From positions 1 to 64,000 of the forward strand of contig JBBRSP010000009.1 in the NCBI GenBank assembly GCA_038245295.1: a DNA stretch of 64,000 nt. The letters are read 5' to 3'. Below the pieces are notes generated by a model. That model was not told the origin of the DNA and ran no database searches. It saw only the letters and a list, made by a program, of their open reading frames with translations. This document shows, piece by piece, positions 38,373 to 48,074 of this stretch; the stretch's first letter is position 1, and each line of letters opens with the position of its first letter. This stretch comes from Candidatus Binatia bacterium. GTDB lineage: Bacteria; Desulfobacterota; Binatia; HRBIN30. The position numbers and the translations under genes are program-made.

Positions 38373-40998
38373 GCATCGTTCGGTCGATCAGCTCGTCCTG
38401 CATCGCCCGCGTCAGATCGCAGAAATACGCGGAATAGCCCGAGATCCGAACGACCAGATCGCGGTACGAGGCAGGATCGGCCTGGGCCGCCCTCAGTGTC
38501 TGTGAATCGATAACGTTGAACTGGACCTGGGCGCCCCCCTGGGCAAAATAACCGCGGACGAGACCAAGAACCGCCGCCGCGCCCCCCGAACCGTTGGCCA
38601 GGGCCGGATTCAGCTTCAGATTCATGACCATGCCGTTGCCCGGTGTGGGCACGCGGGCGGCCGAGTTCAGGGCGGCCGTCGGCCCCCGGCTCTCGCTGCC
38701 GATCTGCGGAGAAATGCCATTGCCCAGCGGCCGGCCGGCGCGGCGTCCCGACGGCAGCGCCCCCGTGCGGCTACCCATGCCCTGGTGTGTGGTCATGCCC
38801 CAGAAACCGGCCACATAGCGCCCACCTCTCGGATGGGGCAACCGGCCCACCTCTTCGATGTAGATCCGGGCAACGGCCGCGGCCATCTCGCCGCTGCGCG
38901 GATCATCTTCGCCGTATTTGGGCAGTCGCCAGCGCAGCCGCTCCGCCAACTCGGACTCGCCGGCGAAATCGTCGTCCAGCGCGGCCAGCAGCCGCTCGGG
39001 TTCGAGTTCGCCGGAAAACACCAGGGCCTCGACGGCCACCACGGAATCGACCACATCGGCCAGTCCTATGCCCTGCAGGCCGCTCGTGTTGATATCAGCG
39101 CCCCCGGCCGTCACATCGCGGGCCCGCGCCACACATCCTTCGATGACCGTAGACAACAAGGGCGTCGGCCGCAGCAGCGCGTGAACCCGCTCGATGGCTC
39201 CGTTAGCAGTTGCGGCCCGCTCCAGTACCGCCCGCAACTGCAAGCGGAACGCCTGCAGCAAATCGTCCACCGTGCGTAGCTGCGGCAAGGGCGGGGTGGC
39301 TGGCCCTACCGCCTCGCCGTTCAGCATCCCGCCGCGTAACGCCAGTTCCAGGCAGTGCGCCAGATTGACCGTGCCAGCTCCAGCCGCCGGAAAAGAACAG
39401 CCTGGCACGCCCCATTCGGCGCAGCCGACGATGGAATAATCCCGGGCGCGTGTTGGGTCGATGCCGTCGCGCATCAGCGCCGGCACCACGGCCTCGTCCG
39501 AGAAGAACGCCGGCATCCCGCCACCCCGCCCCACGGTGCGAGCGCACAAATCCAGGAAGCCCGGATCCGAGCCGGAGTGCACGCGCACGTGGATGTTGGG
39601 TTGCCTGAGGCGCATCTGGTCGTAGGCCAGCAGGAACAGTGACGACAGCTCGTTGCTGGCGTCGGTTCCGTCGGCGAGCACGCCGCCCAGGGTGATCCCG
39701 GAAGCGGACGAAAGACCACTGACGTACTCGGTCACGCGCGAAAAGAGCAGGGGCAGCAATTCCGCCGCTTTGCCCAGAAAGCACCCCAACAACTCGACCG
39801 CCCGCGCCGGCGTCAACCGACCCGCGGCCAGGTCGTCCCGGTAATAGGGCAGCAGCAACTGATCCAGGCGCCCGAAGGACATCCCATGTTGAAAGTTCTC
39901 CTGATGCAACATCGCGTGAACGAGGATGATGCTCTGCAGTGCCTGATGAAGGGTTCGTGCCGGATGTTCGGGGACCACGGCCAGGATGTCGGCGAGTTCG
40001 GAGAGTTCGGCGCGGCGCTGAGCGTCGGACTCGCCGGCTGCCAGCTCGAGGAGGTGCTGCCGCCAGCGCCGGCCGTAATCGCAGGCCGCCTGCGCCGAGA
40101 TCGCCGATGCGTCCAGCATCGCCAACTGCTCGCGTTGCCCACGGCTGGGGCGGCCGCGGTCGATCTCGTCGAGCAGAGACCGGCGGCGCGCCTCGATCTC
40201 CGCCGCGATGCCGGCAAATCCCAGACGCAGAACCTTCCCGTGATCGGGCGTCACGTGCGATATGCCTGCAATCTGGCTGAGGGCGAAGGACCGCCCTTCT
40301 TTCATTTCGAGCAACAGCCGCTGATCGCCGATCCAGCCCGGTGCGTGGGCCATGACCGAGCGGTTAAACCAGAACGGAAAGATGCGTTCCTGCAGGTCCT
40401 TCACCTGGGCAGGCGTTGTCGCCAGCGGATTGACGGACCGCGTCGACAGGTCGGCCAAGTCACCCAGCATCAACATACCGGCAAAGTCGGGATGAATGGG
40501 TGCTCCCATTCGCCTGGAGCTGCAGTTGCCGACGATGAGTTCGTGATCGTAGGCGCGGAGCTCCATGTGGCCCAGGACATGTCGCAACGCTTCGGCCATC
40601 AGGCGCATCTGCCGCTGCGGTTCCAGGCGCCAGCTCCGGCAATAGAGCCGCATCAACCAGGAACTTGCTGTGAGTGCGAGGGCGGTTTTCGCTCCCCGCG
40701 GGTCCGCAGCGCCCTGATCCGCGCTCCGATCCATGGCGAGCAAGGTGGAGGCGTACGCGCGGTAGTGCCAGCGCGCCAGGCGGTCCAGCAGCGGGCGGCG
40801 AGGCCAGACCCGTTGCAGGTAGTCGGTCATCAACTCGGCCTTTTGGGTACACAACTCGTACGGCGCCGCCAGCAGGTCGGCCCGCAGCCGTTGCAGGCGG
40901 GGCAAGGGGCCGATGGGTTCGTCGACCGGCATCGGCGACGGCACGGGGTTCAGAGCGGCGTAATCCAGTTGATCCATCTGTCGAGCCGTGTGTCCCAT
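38365..40998 (-). CDS. Glycyl radical enzyme (PFL2/dehydratase-like, subclass unassigned)
   Basis: SFGRLDQ; Cys loop YSIVGCAEW; Gly loop LVVRISGYSAYF; RBS GAGAGG before MGHTA. Confidence 0.95.
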   Translation of the reverse strand: MGHTARQMDQLDYAALNPVPSPMPVDEPIGPLPRLQRLRADLLAAPYELCTQKAELMTDYLQRVWPRRPLLDRLARWHYRAYASTLLAMDRSADQGAADPRGAKTALALTASSWLMRLYCRSWRLEPQRQMRLMAEALRHVLGHMELRAYDHELIVGNCSSRRMGAPIHPDFAGMLMLGDLADLSTRSVNPLATTPAQVKDLQERIFPFWFNRSVMAHAPGWIGDQRLLLEMKEGRSFALSQIAGISHVTPDHGKVLRLGFAGIAAEIEARRRSLLDEIDRGRPSRGQREQLAMLDASAISAQAACDYGRRWRQHLLELAAGESDAQRRAELSELADILAVVPEHPARTLHQALQSIILVHAMLHQENFQHGMSFGRLDQLLLPYYRDDLAAGRLTPARAVELLGCFLGKAAELLPLLFSRVTEYVSGLSSASGITLGGVLADGTDASNELSSLFLLAYDQMRLRQPNIHVRVHSGSDPGFLDLCARTVGRGGGMPAFFSDEAVVPALMRDGIDPTRARDYSIVGCAEWGVPGCSFPAAGAGTVNLAHCLELALRGGMLNGEAVGPATPPLPQLRTVDDLLQAFRLQLRAVLERAATANGAIERVHALLRPTPLLSTVIEGCVARARDVTAGGADINTSGLQGIGLADVVDSVVAVEALVFSGELEPERLLAALDDDFAGESELAERLRWRLPKYGEDDPRSGEMAAAVARIYIEEVGRLPHPRGGRYVAGFWGMTTHQGMGSRTGALPSGRRAGRPLGNGISPQIGSESRGPTAALNSAARVPTPGNGMVMNLKLNPALANGSGGAAAVLGLVRGYFAQGGAQVQFNVIDSQTLRAAQADPASYRDLVVRISGYSAYFCDLTRAMQDELIDRTMHG

Positions 40999-41149
40999 GA
41001 GCGCACCTCTCTCTTGCAGAAGTGTCTGCACCTCATTCGCATGTGGTCGTGCATACGGTTCGAGCAACGTCGGCGCGTCGGCCTAGGCGCGGTGGGGTTG
41101 CAGAAACAGCAGCCGAGACGTCCACGAGCTGCTTATACGCAATTCGCGC

Positions 41150-41173
41150 TAACTAGTCAACCATGACTAATTA
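41150..41173. promoter_or_regulatory. Palindromic operator box 1 (putative TetR site)
   Basis: TAACTAGTCA-ACCA-TGACTAATTA. Confidence 0.72.
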
Positions 41174-41237
41174 GACTTGCCGCGGCGTCGTGGCCCTTCG
41201 TCTACCGTGGGGAAATGCTCAGGACAGCCGCAACTTG

Positions 41238-41257
41238 AATAGTCAGACTTGACCATT
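41238..41257. promoter_or_regulatory. Palindromic operator box 2 (putative TetR site)
   Basis: AATAGTCA-GACT-TGACCATT, same GTCA-N4-TGAC core as box 1. Confidence 0.68.
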
Positions 41258-41283
41258 TTACCGGGGCTGCGTAAAGAGACGAC

Positions 41284-41928
41284 ATGGCTCTCTCCTCGAC
41301 CACGCTCGCGAAGCCCCGCTGCGTTCAAGCCCGGGGCGAGGCGACGCGCCTTCGCATTCTCGAGGCGACGCTCTCGTGCATCGCCGAGGAGGGCTACGCA
41401 CAGACGAGCACCGTGCGCGTCTGCGAGCGTTCGTGTACCTCGCGGGGGTCGCTGCTGCACCAGTTCTCCACCCGCGCCGAGCTAATGGCGGCGGCGGTTG
41501 CCTACCTCTTCGAGGGCCTGACGGCGGCCTATGTCGATGCCTTCGCGGGCATCCAGCCCGAGGCGACTCACGGCGTCGCCCGGCGCATCGAAGTCGCGGG
41601 CAACCTGCTACGCGCTGCCTATGCGGATCCGCGCCTGCCGGCGGTGCTCGATATCTACGCGGCTGCCCGAACCGACGCCGAGCTGATGGCCGCCCTCAGG
41701 CCCGTGGCCGCGCGGCACCGTCAGACGGTGCGCGAGATTGCGCACAAGCTCTTTCCGAAAACGGTCACATCGAAGCGCGCCAGACGCCGTCTCGAGGTGG
41801 TACTCGACGCCCTACAGGGCCTGGCTTTCCGCAGTGTAGTGTACGCCGAAGGCGCTGGTGACACGATCGAAGGTGCAAAGGAGCTTCTCGTCGAGGTCTT
41901 CACAGATGCACGCAAGGAATCCGCATGA
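41284..41928 (+). CDS. TetR/AcrR family transcriptional regulator
   Basis: TRLRILEAT...GYAQTS...SRGSLLHQF.TRAEL HTH. Confidence 0.92.
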   Translation: MALSSTTLAKPRCVQARGEATRLRILEATLSCIAEEGYAQTSTVRVCERSCTSRGSLLHQFSTRAELMAAAVAYLFEGLTAAYVDAFAGIQPEATHGVARRIEVAGNLLRAAYADPRLPAVLDIYAAARTDAELMAALRPVAARHRQTVREIAHKLFPKTVTSKRARRRLEVVLDALQGLAFRSVVYAEGAGDTIEGAKELLVEVFTDARKESA

Positions 41929-42129
41929 ACGATCCGATGTTCGGCACCCAATTCCGAGTACGGGGGTTTTCGTCCGCCCACCGCGGATTGGCTGATCGAG
42001 GTCACGGAGAGGATGGCGACCAGCTACCTCGAGCATATCGATTTCGCGAACCGCGCGGCAAGCATCGAATCAGGGCCGACGCTGCTGGTTTTCGACGTGA
42101 TCAAGCAACGACTGCCGAACGGCGCGTGA
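41925..42129 (+). pseudogene. Probable remnant of a deleted or frameshifted gene coupled to tetR
   Basis: ATGA overlap with the tetR stop and an RBS; protein-like text continues in another frame (DWLIEVTERMATSYLEHIDF...LPNGA*). Confidence 0.4.
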
Positions 42130-42220
42130 CCACCGGAATTCGGCAGATCCGGAGCAGTCCGTGGCTGCAGCCCGGAACAATGACCGAGCACACCTCAACA
42201 TCAGACGCACGAGACATCCG

Positions 42221-43168
42221 ATGACCAAGCGCACACTGGACAAACGAGACATCCCCGGCGCGCTGCTGGCGGGGGCCCGTTGGCTCGCGAACCCGGTTTC
42301 CGAGGGCGGCGCCAAGCAGGTCCCCCGCATTAAGCTCCTGGCGGCCGGCCCGGAAATCCTCGGCGACATCGAGCGGATGCGGACCCATCCAACAGGCAAG
42401 CGGATTCTCGACGAGCGGCCCGATCTCGGCGCAGCCCTCTCGGACTCTGCCGCGCTGACGGCCATGCCCGCGGGAAGCCTCGGCCGGACGTTCTCCGAGG
42501 CGATGGAGATCCCCGGAGGCGTGCCCGGCTTTCTCCTGGCGGCGTTGATCTACAAGGATGGGTTCCTCGATTCTTTCGAGATGAGCGAGGATGCGCAGTA
42601 CTACATCGCACGCTCCAGGTGGCTTCATGACCTATTCCATATCGTAACCGGGTACGGCACCGACTTGCCCGGGGAAGGACTCCTCATCTACTTCGCGCTC
42701 GGATACGAGCACCGCATGCCCTATTGGGCGGCGTCCCTTGCGCCTCTCGGTATCGGCCCGAGATTCTTCATCCGACCGAGTTGCGGGCAGCGACACTGGC
42801 GAGCCCTCCTGCGGGACGCCCATGCGCGGGGGCGCGCGGCCAACCGGGTCTGCCCGCCCGAATGCGTCCCGTGGGAGGAGCTGCTTCCACGCCCCCTCGA
42901 CGAGGTCCGCGAGGAGCTCGGCATCGTCCCCTTCCTCGAAGACACGTCGCGCTGGCTCGACCACAGTTGGTTCGGGCGGCAGGCAGCGAACGGCTTCGGC
43001 GCCTACCCGAAATCGGCGAAGCGCGCACAGCTCGCCCTGGCTGTCGTGAAGGCCGGCGTCGACTACCGGGATCTGTACCGCTCCAGCGAGGAAAAAGCGG
43101 GCAAGCTCTTTCGCCTCGCCGCCGCCGGCGCCTCCGCGGAAGAGATCCGTGCCGCGGCAGCGGCCTGA
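42221..43168 (+). CDS. Coq4-family protein
   Basis: MPAGSLG, HDLFHIVTGYGTDLPGE (HDxxH...E metal motif) and WEELL..PLDEVREELGI. Confidence 0.88.
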   Translation: MTKRTLDKRDIPGALLAGARWLANPVSEGGAKQVPRIKLLAAGPEILGDIERMRTHPTGKRILDERPDLGAALSDSAALTAMPAGSLGRTFSEAMEIPGGVPGFLLAALIYKDGFLDSFEMSEDAQYYIARSRWLHDLFHIVTGYGTDLPGEGLLIYFALGYEHRMPYWAASLAPLGIGPRFFIRPSCGQRHWRALLRDAHARGRAANRVCPPECVPWEELLPRPLDEVREELGIVPFLEDTSRWLDHSWFGRQAANGFGAYPKSAKRAQLALAVVKAGVDYRDLYRSSEEKAGKLFRLAAAGASAEEIRAAAAA

Positions 43169-43361
43169 CGGACGGTCTGACGGGACGCGGCGACGACTCG
43201 GACAATTCGTCCCGCCCGATTGGCAGCCCCATGTGCCGGGGGGTCGGCATCCCGGGAGCCGGGTCGTGGTGGTACAGGCTTCCAGCCTTTACCTGCCTCG
43301 GGGGCGGCCGAACCGTAGTACGGTTCGGCCGAAGTTTCGGGCGCGTCCGATATGTACCCTT

Positions 43362-43415
43362 ACACCTGATTGGACACCCACGCTCGGTGACACCTGATTG
43401 GACACCCACGCTCGG
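43362..43415 (+). repeat. Tandem duplication with 28-bp period containing TTGGACACCCA
   Basis: ACACCTGATTGGACACCCACGCTCGG x2. Confidence 0.85.
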
Positions 43416-43619
43416 AGGCGTCGGGGAGGGCTCCGGTTGCACGGCGACGCCGGCTCGAGAGCAGTTCAGATGGACTCAGTATGAGCCCAGGCGCCGACTC
43501 ACTTGGACAACATGCGGGCGCGTCGGGTAGCTGGATTGGGCGGGAGTAGGATGGATGTCCAGCGAGGCATACTCCTTGCGGGCTCCGTCTCCTCAGGGGC
43601 ACCCACCAAACTCGCCAGC

Positions 43620-43670
43620 TGTCAAGGCTCGCCTAAACTGACCGCCTCCAGCTCGGCCAAACTGACCACG
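43620..43670 (+). mobile_element. Solo IS21-family-like terminal repeat (remnant)
   Basis: TGTCAAGG followed by two AAACTGACC boxes 24 bp apart; no istA/istB. Confidence 0.6.
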
Positions 43671-43808
43671 CGTTTGGGATAAACATCCACAAGCGATCGA
43701 GCGAATTGTCCACAGCGTGTTGGCGTTGTTGAGGCAGACGCATTTCGCCGTGCCGCGGTGGGGCGGAGCGGCGCTGCGCAAGCTGACGCGCCGAGCGTGG
43801 GGAATGAT

Positions 43809-43907
43809 CGCAAGTTGGACACCCACCCACAAGACTCGGTGATTGTGCTGTGAGATCAGCGCCTTGGATGAACGCACCGCTTAGCGACTGTCACCAGGCG
43901 GAGATGG
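43809..43907 (+). repeat. 99-bp direct repeat, right copy
   Basis: 93/99 identical to 37310-37408. Confidence 0.92.
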
Positions 43908-44306
43908 TGAAGATCGGTCAAAGCGACGGCACCGTGGATCGCAGTCGATGGTCAGCCTTTGGGAGCCGTGGAGGGGTGAACCGAGGAGTCGCCCGGTGTC
44001 TTCAAAAGCGATACCGCCGTCCCGAAGCACGGAATGGGGTGTGGGGAAGATTTTGCGCCATTCCGATCCTCGGAACGGCCGACAAAGAAGTTGGGTAGCC
44101 ATTCCGTTGTGGGTTCCATCAGTCTGAGTTTATCCAAGGCCGTTCCGTCATTCAGTTGACGATCTTTCGTGCGATCTGACCCGATCGCCATTGGCTCGTG
44201 GTCGCGCGGGAGCCGTGCAAGCGCTCACGCGTCTTTAGATTTTGCACCACGACGGACACGAAGACCACGACGCGGGCTTTGCCCGCAAACCCAACGCAGG
44301 CCTATT

Positions 44307-44409
44307 GCCACAGATGAATGGGATGAACACAGATGGCTTGTAAACAGACATCGCCAGCATCGCAGGCCCGACGGGCCTGCATCTGTGTGCATCCGTGTCC
44401 ATCCGTGGC
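44307..44409. repeat. REP-like inverted repeat (CCACAGATGAA.../...CATCCGTGG family)
   Basis: gccacagatg..aacacagatg ... catctgtgtgcatccgtgtccatccgtggc. Confidence 0.7.
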
Positions 44410-44437
44410 AAAGAGCGGCTGGTGGTGTGTAGGTCGC

Positions 44438-45679
44438 TCAATCTTCGCGCGCCGCCGCGAACAGCTGCTGCACGATCTGTCTGGCCGCTGAGTTCTGGAG
44501 CGACCGGTTCTGAAGGTCCGCGTCCAGGACTCGTTCGAGCGCTGCGCTCTGCGCCGCGGTTCGTAGGAAACCGGCGCAACGTTGAACCTCGGGCAGCAAC
44601 GCTCCGCTGGCGGCCGCCACGGCGGTGCGGACTTGCGCCAGCGTCAGACCGGCGGCGGGAGCTTCGGTTGAGTTGGCTTGGATCTCCTTGGCGAGACGAA
44701 TCAGGATCTCGAAGAGTGCCGCGGCGCCGTCGGGTGAGAGATGCAACTGGGCGGCGTCGGCGCGGGCCCGGGCCAGCACGGCTGTCTCTTGTGCCGCATC
44801 GGTGATCGGCACTCCGTCGCGGCGCTTCACCGCGGCGACGCTGGGCATGAGGCTGAAGCGCAGATCGATGTCGGCCGCGATGGCTTCGTAACACGCCTGC
44901 TGCGGCGTTAGACGCGCGAACTCACCGAGTTCAGCGCGCTGTTCGTCGAGCCAGCCGTCGCTCTCGCGCGCCGCCAGCCAGTCGTTCAGTTGATCGCGCA
45001 GCGGCAGGTGATCGAGCGGCAGGGCGATGGCTTTGCGATCGTGGGTGAACGGGCCGCAGGTCACGACGCCCTTCCATGTGGAGGCTTCGTACAGGTCACT
45101 GATCACGGCGTCGGCCTGCGCTGCGGCGAGAAGCTCTGGGAGTTTCAGATTGTTGGGTGTCGGCGCGATCGTCGCGTGCGGAAAGTGCAGACGCGTAACG
45201 CGCTCGAGATGGCCACCCGCATTCACCGCCAGGCGCACGGCAGGCTGATCCAGCGACTCCAGCGTCGGGAAGCGCTCGCGGTTGGCCGGCAACAAAACGG
45301 CAACGGCACCGCTCACGGCGTAGGGTCGAGTGAATGCCATCGACAGAGCCCGGTCGCCGCGCAGCGTGATTCCGCACAGCGCGAAATCCATGGTGCCGGC
45401 GCTCAAACTCGCCTGCAGCTCCGGCCACCGAAACGGCGCTGCCACGGGTGTCCCCAGTTGCAGATCAGCAACGAAGCGCCGCGCCAGTTTCAGATCGAAC
45501 CCGTCGTAGCCAAGCCAAGCTGTCGGATTGGTGCCGCAGAACGGCAGGTAGTCACCCGTGAGCCCGATGCGCGGACCTGCCGCCGGCACCGCCGCCGGCG
45601 ACGGACCTGCCGGTCGCGAGGTACATCCGATCGCAAGACAGAGGAGACCCAGCAGTGGGCAGCGGAGTCGAGTGCGCAT
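44438..45679 (-). CDS. Lipoprotein fusion: cyclohexadienyl dehydratase-like (SBP family 3) domain + AroQ chorismate mutase
   Basis: Lipobox AIGC; GLTGDYLPF and VNAGGHLE; IDLRFSLMPSVAAVK...PITDAAQE...AKEIQ. Confidence 0.82.
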   Translation of the reverse strand: MRTRLRCPLLGLLCLAIGCTSRPAGPSPAAVPAAGPRIGLTGDYLPFCGTNPTAWLGYDGFDLKLARRFVADLQLGTPVAAPFRWPELQASLSAGTMDFALCGITLRGDRALSMAFTRPYAVSGAVAVLLPANRERFPTLESLDQPAVRLAVNAGGHLERVTRLHFPHATIAPTPNNLKLPELLAAAQADAVISDLYEASTWKGVVTCGPFTHDRKAIALPLDHLPLRDQLNDWLAARESDGWLDEQRAELGEFARLTPQQACYEAIAADIDLRFSLMPSVAAVKRRDGVPITDAAQETAVLARARADAAQLHLSPDGAAALFEILIRLAKEIQANSTEAPAAGLTLAQVRTAVAAASGALLPEVQRCAGFLRTAAQSAALERVLDADLQNRSLQNSAARQIVQQLFAAARED

Positions 45680-45765
45680 GGGTGCGCACGGTTGACACGG
45701 GCTGGAGTGGCAGGCAAGAGACGGCGGTTTCCCGGCAGCCTGGAAGCAGCTAAGGATCGAACCCG

Positions 45766-46245
45766 ATGGCACAACTGACGCAAAAGGAATTCAACTACGC
45801 GGTCGCCCTCCTCGCCCAGAACATGGGTTTGCAGCGCTTGCGCGACCGTTTGGTCAACATCCACGCCCTGACGACGCGCCGCGGCGTCAATTCGGCGGAG
45901 CAGCTCGCCGACCAACTCTACCTCCTCACCGGGGCCTTGCGTCGCCAAGTATCGGCGACGTTTGGATTCTACGCGCTGTGGAACGAATGCTTGCACGCCA
46001 AGCTTGGGGAAGAAGGCGAACAGCAGCTCGAAAAACTTGCCGAGGCGGTTAATGCCTGTTTGGGCGAACGCGACGTCATCATCGAAGAAAAGAGCGCCGA
46101 GCTCGACGCGGCGCTCAAGGTCTACGAAGAAGCGCTTGCCGAGAAGACCGGCAGCGAATTGGCGTGGATGGACATGATGCTGAAGGCCGTTCCTGGAGTA
46201 GCCGAACGTCTGCGCAGCAAGTCGCCGATCGGCGCCGCCGAGTAG
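45766..46245 (+). CDS. Hypothetical helical protein
   Basis: Typical codon usage, RBS AAGGA, directly upstream of murE. Confidence 0.75.
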   Translation: MAQLTQKEFNYAVALLAQNMGLQRLRDRLVNIHALTTRRGVNSAEQLADQLYLLTGALRRQVSATFGFYALWNECLHAKLGEEGEQQLEKLAEAVNACLGERDVIIEEKSAELDAALKVYEEALAEKTGSELAWMDMMLKAVPGVAERLRSKSPIGAAE

Positions 46246-46257
46246 GCTCGTCTCGGA

Positions 46258-47775
46258 ATGGGCCTGGGTCCAAAGCCACTCGCGCAGCTCCTCGAACGAA
46301 TTCCGCATACCTGCCTGTGCGGCGATCCGGCGGTTGCCGTGCGACGCGTTGTCGCGGACTCGCGGCAGGTTGAGCCGGGCGACGTCTTCGTCTGCCTGCC
46401 CGGCTATCGTGCCGAGGGCGGCGAGAGGCGTGCCGATCGTCACGAATTCGCGTCGGTTGCCGTGGAACGCGGCGCCGTGGCGCTGGTCGTCGAACGTGAA
46501 GTCGACGTGCCCGCCGGAATCACCGTGGTGCAGGTGACCGATGCGTGGCAAGCGATCGCGCAGATGGCCTGTGCCGTCTTCGACCATCCGTCGCATCACT
46601 TGCTGACCATCGGCGTCACCGGCACCGCCGGCAAGACCTCGACGACATACTTCATCGAATCGGTCCTACGTCAGGCTGGGCGTCACCCGGCACGCCTCGG
46701 AACCATCGAGTACCGCATCGGCGACACGGTTCTACCGGCGGCGCAGACGACTCCGGAGGCGCCGCAGCTGCAACGGCTGCTGCGACTGGCTGTCGATCAG
46801 CACTGCGAGTCGGTGGTGATGGAGGTGTCGTCGCACGCGCTCGAGTTGCAGCGTGTTGGCGGTGTTGAATTCGACGTCGGCGTGTTCACTAACCTGAGCC
46901 AGGACCATCTCAACTTCCATCCCGACATGCATCACTACAGGCGCGCCAAGGGGCGGTTGTTCGAGTCGCTCGGCAGTGGCGGCAAGCAGGCGACGGCGGT
47001 GGTCAACAGCGACGATCCGGCGTGCGACTTCATGCTGTCCCTGAATCGCAGCCGGGCCATCACCTTCGGCGTCAACGAGCGCGCCGATGTGCGCGCCATC
47101 GATGTGGTCTCCGACCTGCGCGGCACGCGCTACACCGCCATCACGGCGCTTGGCCCGGTCGACGTCGCCATCCCGCACCTCGGCGAGTTTCACGTGCACA
47201 ACTCACTGGCGGCATTGGCAACCGGGGTGAGCCTCGACATCGGCCTGGAAACGATCGCCACCGGCCTGGCAGCGGCGCCTGACGTGCCGGGGCGCTTCGA
47301 GCTGGTCGACGCCGGGGCCGGTCAGCAGTTCCGTGTCGCCGTCGACTACGCGCACAAACCCGATGCTCTGGAACGCCTACTGCGCGGGGCGCGCGGGCTG
47401 CAGCCGCGCCGCCTGATTACCGTGTTCGGTTGTGGCGGCGATCGCGATCGCGCCAAGCGTCCGATCATGGGCAGCATCGCCGCCCGGTTGAGTGATCGGG
47501 TCATCGTCACCTCCGACAACCCGCGCCACGAAACACCCGAGAGCATCGTCGACGAGATCCTGGCGGGGGCGCGTGACAGCGGTGGCGCGGCGCAGGTATC
47601 GGTCGCGGTCGATCGGGCGGCGGCCATCGACCAAGCCATCCAGGAGGCGCAAGCCGGCGATCTCGTGCTGATCGCCGGCAAAGGTCACGAGACCTATCAG
47701 CTCTTCGCCGACCACCAGATCCACTTCGATGACCGCGAAGTGGCGCGACAGGCGCTGCGGCGCCGTCTGGGGTGA
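46258..47775 (+). CDS. murE: UDP-MurNAc-L-Ala-D-Glu--meso-DAP ligase
   Basis: GVTGTAGKTST, MEVSSH, NLSQDH, VDYAHKPD, GGDRD..KR, DNPR and AGKGHE motifs. Confidence 0.96.
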   Translation: MGLGPKPLAQLLERIPHTCLCGDPAVAVRRVVADSRQVEPGDVFVCLPGYRAEGGERRADRHEFASVAVERGAVALVVEREVDVPAGITVVQVTDAWQAIAQMACAVFDHPSHHLLTIGVTGTAGKTSTTYFIESVLRQAGRHPARLGTIEYRIGDTVLPAAQTTPEAPQLQRLLRLAVDQHCESVVMEVSSHALELQRVGGVEFDVGVFTNLSQDHLNFHPDMHHYRRAKGRLFESLGSGGKQATAVVNSDDPACDFMLSLNRSRAITFGVNERADVRAIDVVSDLRGTRYTAITALGPVDVAIPHLGEFHVHNSLAALATGVSLDIGLETIATGLAAAPDVPGRFELVDAGAGQQFRVAVDYAHKPDALERLLRGARGLQPRRLITVFGCGGDRDRAKRPIMGSIAARLSDRVIVTSDNPRHETPESIVDEILAGARDSGGAAQVSVAVDRAAAIDQAIQEAQAGDLVLIAGKGHETYQLFADHQIHFDDREVARQALRRRLG

Positions 47776-48074
47776 ATCGCTGCGGTGCCTTCACTCACGC
47801 TGAGCACAGCGAGTGTGCCCGAGTGAGTACGTTTAATCCCGAGTGGCGCGTTGGTTTCGACGGTTGCCCAGGCCGGAGCGCGTCGCTCCGCGACCGCCCG
47901 ACTTCGGAATCCGCAACACGCTAGACGTTCCACCGCCAGGCGCCACGGAGTGGCGCGCTCCGGGCGATCCCGATTGATCGACCTATCCGCCGGCGGATCA
48001 GAAAGGCGGTTGCGTCCGGGGCGCGGCCGATACTAGAAGCGCCTGGCGTTTCATAAACACATTGGAGGTTCCCT

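Noticed and set aside
39886..41166. Long antisense or alternate-frame ORFs (e.g. 39886-41166, 26115-28958, 54422-55456, 60220-61347)
   Set aside because: Shadow ORFs expected in high-GC DNA; no motifs
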